41,500 bases of DNA. It comes from Minisyncoccota bacterium (GTDB lineage: Bacteria > Patescibacteriota > Minisyncoccia > Phycocordibacterales > Phycocordibacteraceae). A program made the translations under genes and the position numbers. Shown one piece after another: positions 40,586 through 41,500 of the stretch (position 1 is its first letter; every line of letters starts with the position of its first letter). The stretch is taken from the NCBI GenBank assembly GCA_035438505.1, contig DAORIM010000003.1:1-41500 (forward strand), written 5' to 3'. A model generated the notes under the pieces. That model did not search any database, was not told the DNA's origin, and was given only the letters and a program-made list of their open reading frames with translations.

Positions 40586-40833
40586 CTAGAGCAACACGGT
40601 TGCCTGGCCTCCCGAAACTTCCGCAATACCGCCTGCGTGGAGCGTGTACGAAGTCTCAGCACTGTCCGGAGTCTTTACAAGCGCTACACCCGCCTGAAGC
40701 GGCGTTACAAAGGCCTCATGCCCTGCCATAACCGTAAAGGTTCCCTCTACACCCGGAAGCGTCACCGAAACCGCCTCTCCTGAGAAGAGATTGTCTCCGA
40801 CGCTCGCAATAGTGAGATGGAAAGTCTTTGCCA

Positions 40834-40834
<1 letters not shown>
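40586..40834 (-). CDS. atpC: F1 ATP synthase epsilon subunit, N-terminal beta-sandwich only
   Basis: LTIASVGDNLFSGEAVSVTLPGVEGTFTVMAGHEAFVTPL. Only 82 aa. The start overlaps the atpD stop (TAATG). Confidence 0.8.

Positions 40835-41500
<666 letters not shown>

Overview
This is a gene-dense 41.5-kb bacterial fragment, mostly coded on the minus strand. The backbone is housekeeping: a partial actin-fold ATPase, a short-form alaS, an M13 peptidase, ung, mnmA, leuS, an MgtC-family gene, ychF, sppA, atpC and partial atpD. Short aaRS and ATPase-epsilon forms, a sigma-r4/HARE-HTH protein, many orphan membrane proteins and mostly leaderless promoters suggest an uncultured small-genome lineage such as Patescibacteria/CPR. 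That placement is inference only. The accessory part is an integrative island of at least about 15 kb (about 21.0 to 35.9 kb). It carries a large serine recombinase whose 3' end overlaps the ychF start, an excisionase-type HTH, a primase-polymerase/AAA replication protein, a winged-helix-like regulator and an unknown three-gene operon. It also carries a five-gene translationally coupled defence operon: hsdM, a DUF262/DUF1524 GmrSD-like gene, hsdS, hsdR and a small 2-TM protein. The most unusual items, in my ranking, are listed here. (1) A complete Nudix domain is inserted inside LeuRS, and two free Nudix genes sit behind alaS. (2) A tightly coupled mnmA / ATP-cone-REase / 4-Cys PD-(D/E)XK nuclease / ung unit. 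(3) The island cargo and its unknown operon. (4) A roughly 200-nt structured leader or ncRNA with mutually exclusive helices inside a 0.8-kb non-coding stretch. (5) A T-arm-like motif recurs directly after four minus-strand stop codons. (6) An extended -10 box lies 6-9 nt upstream of many start codons. I found no rRNA, no convincing tRNA and no CRISPR array. All family assignments come from motif recognition by eye and no searches were run.
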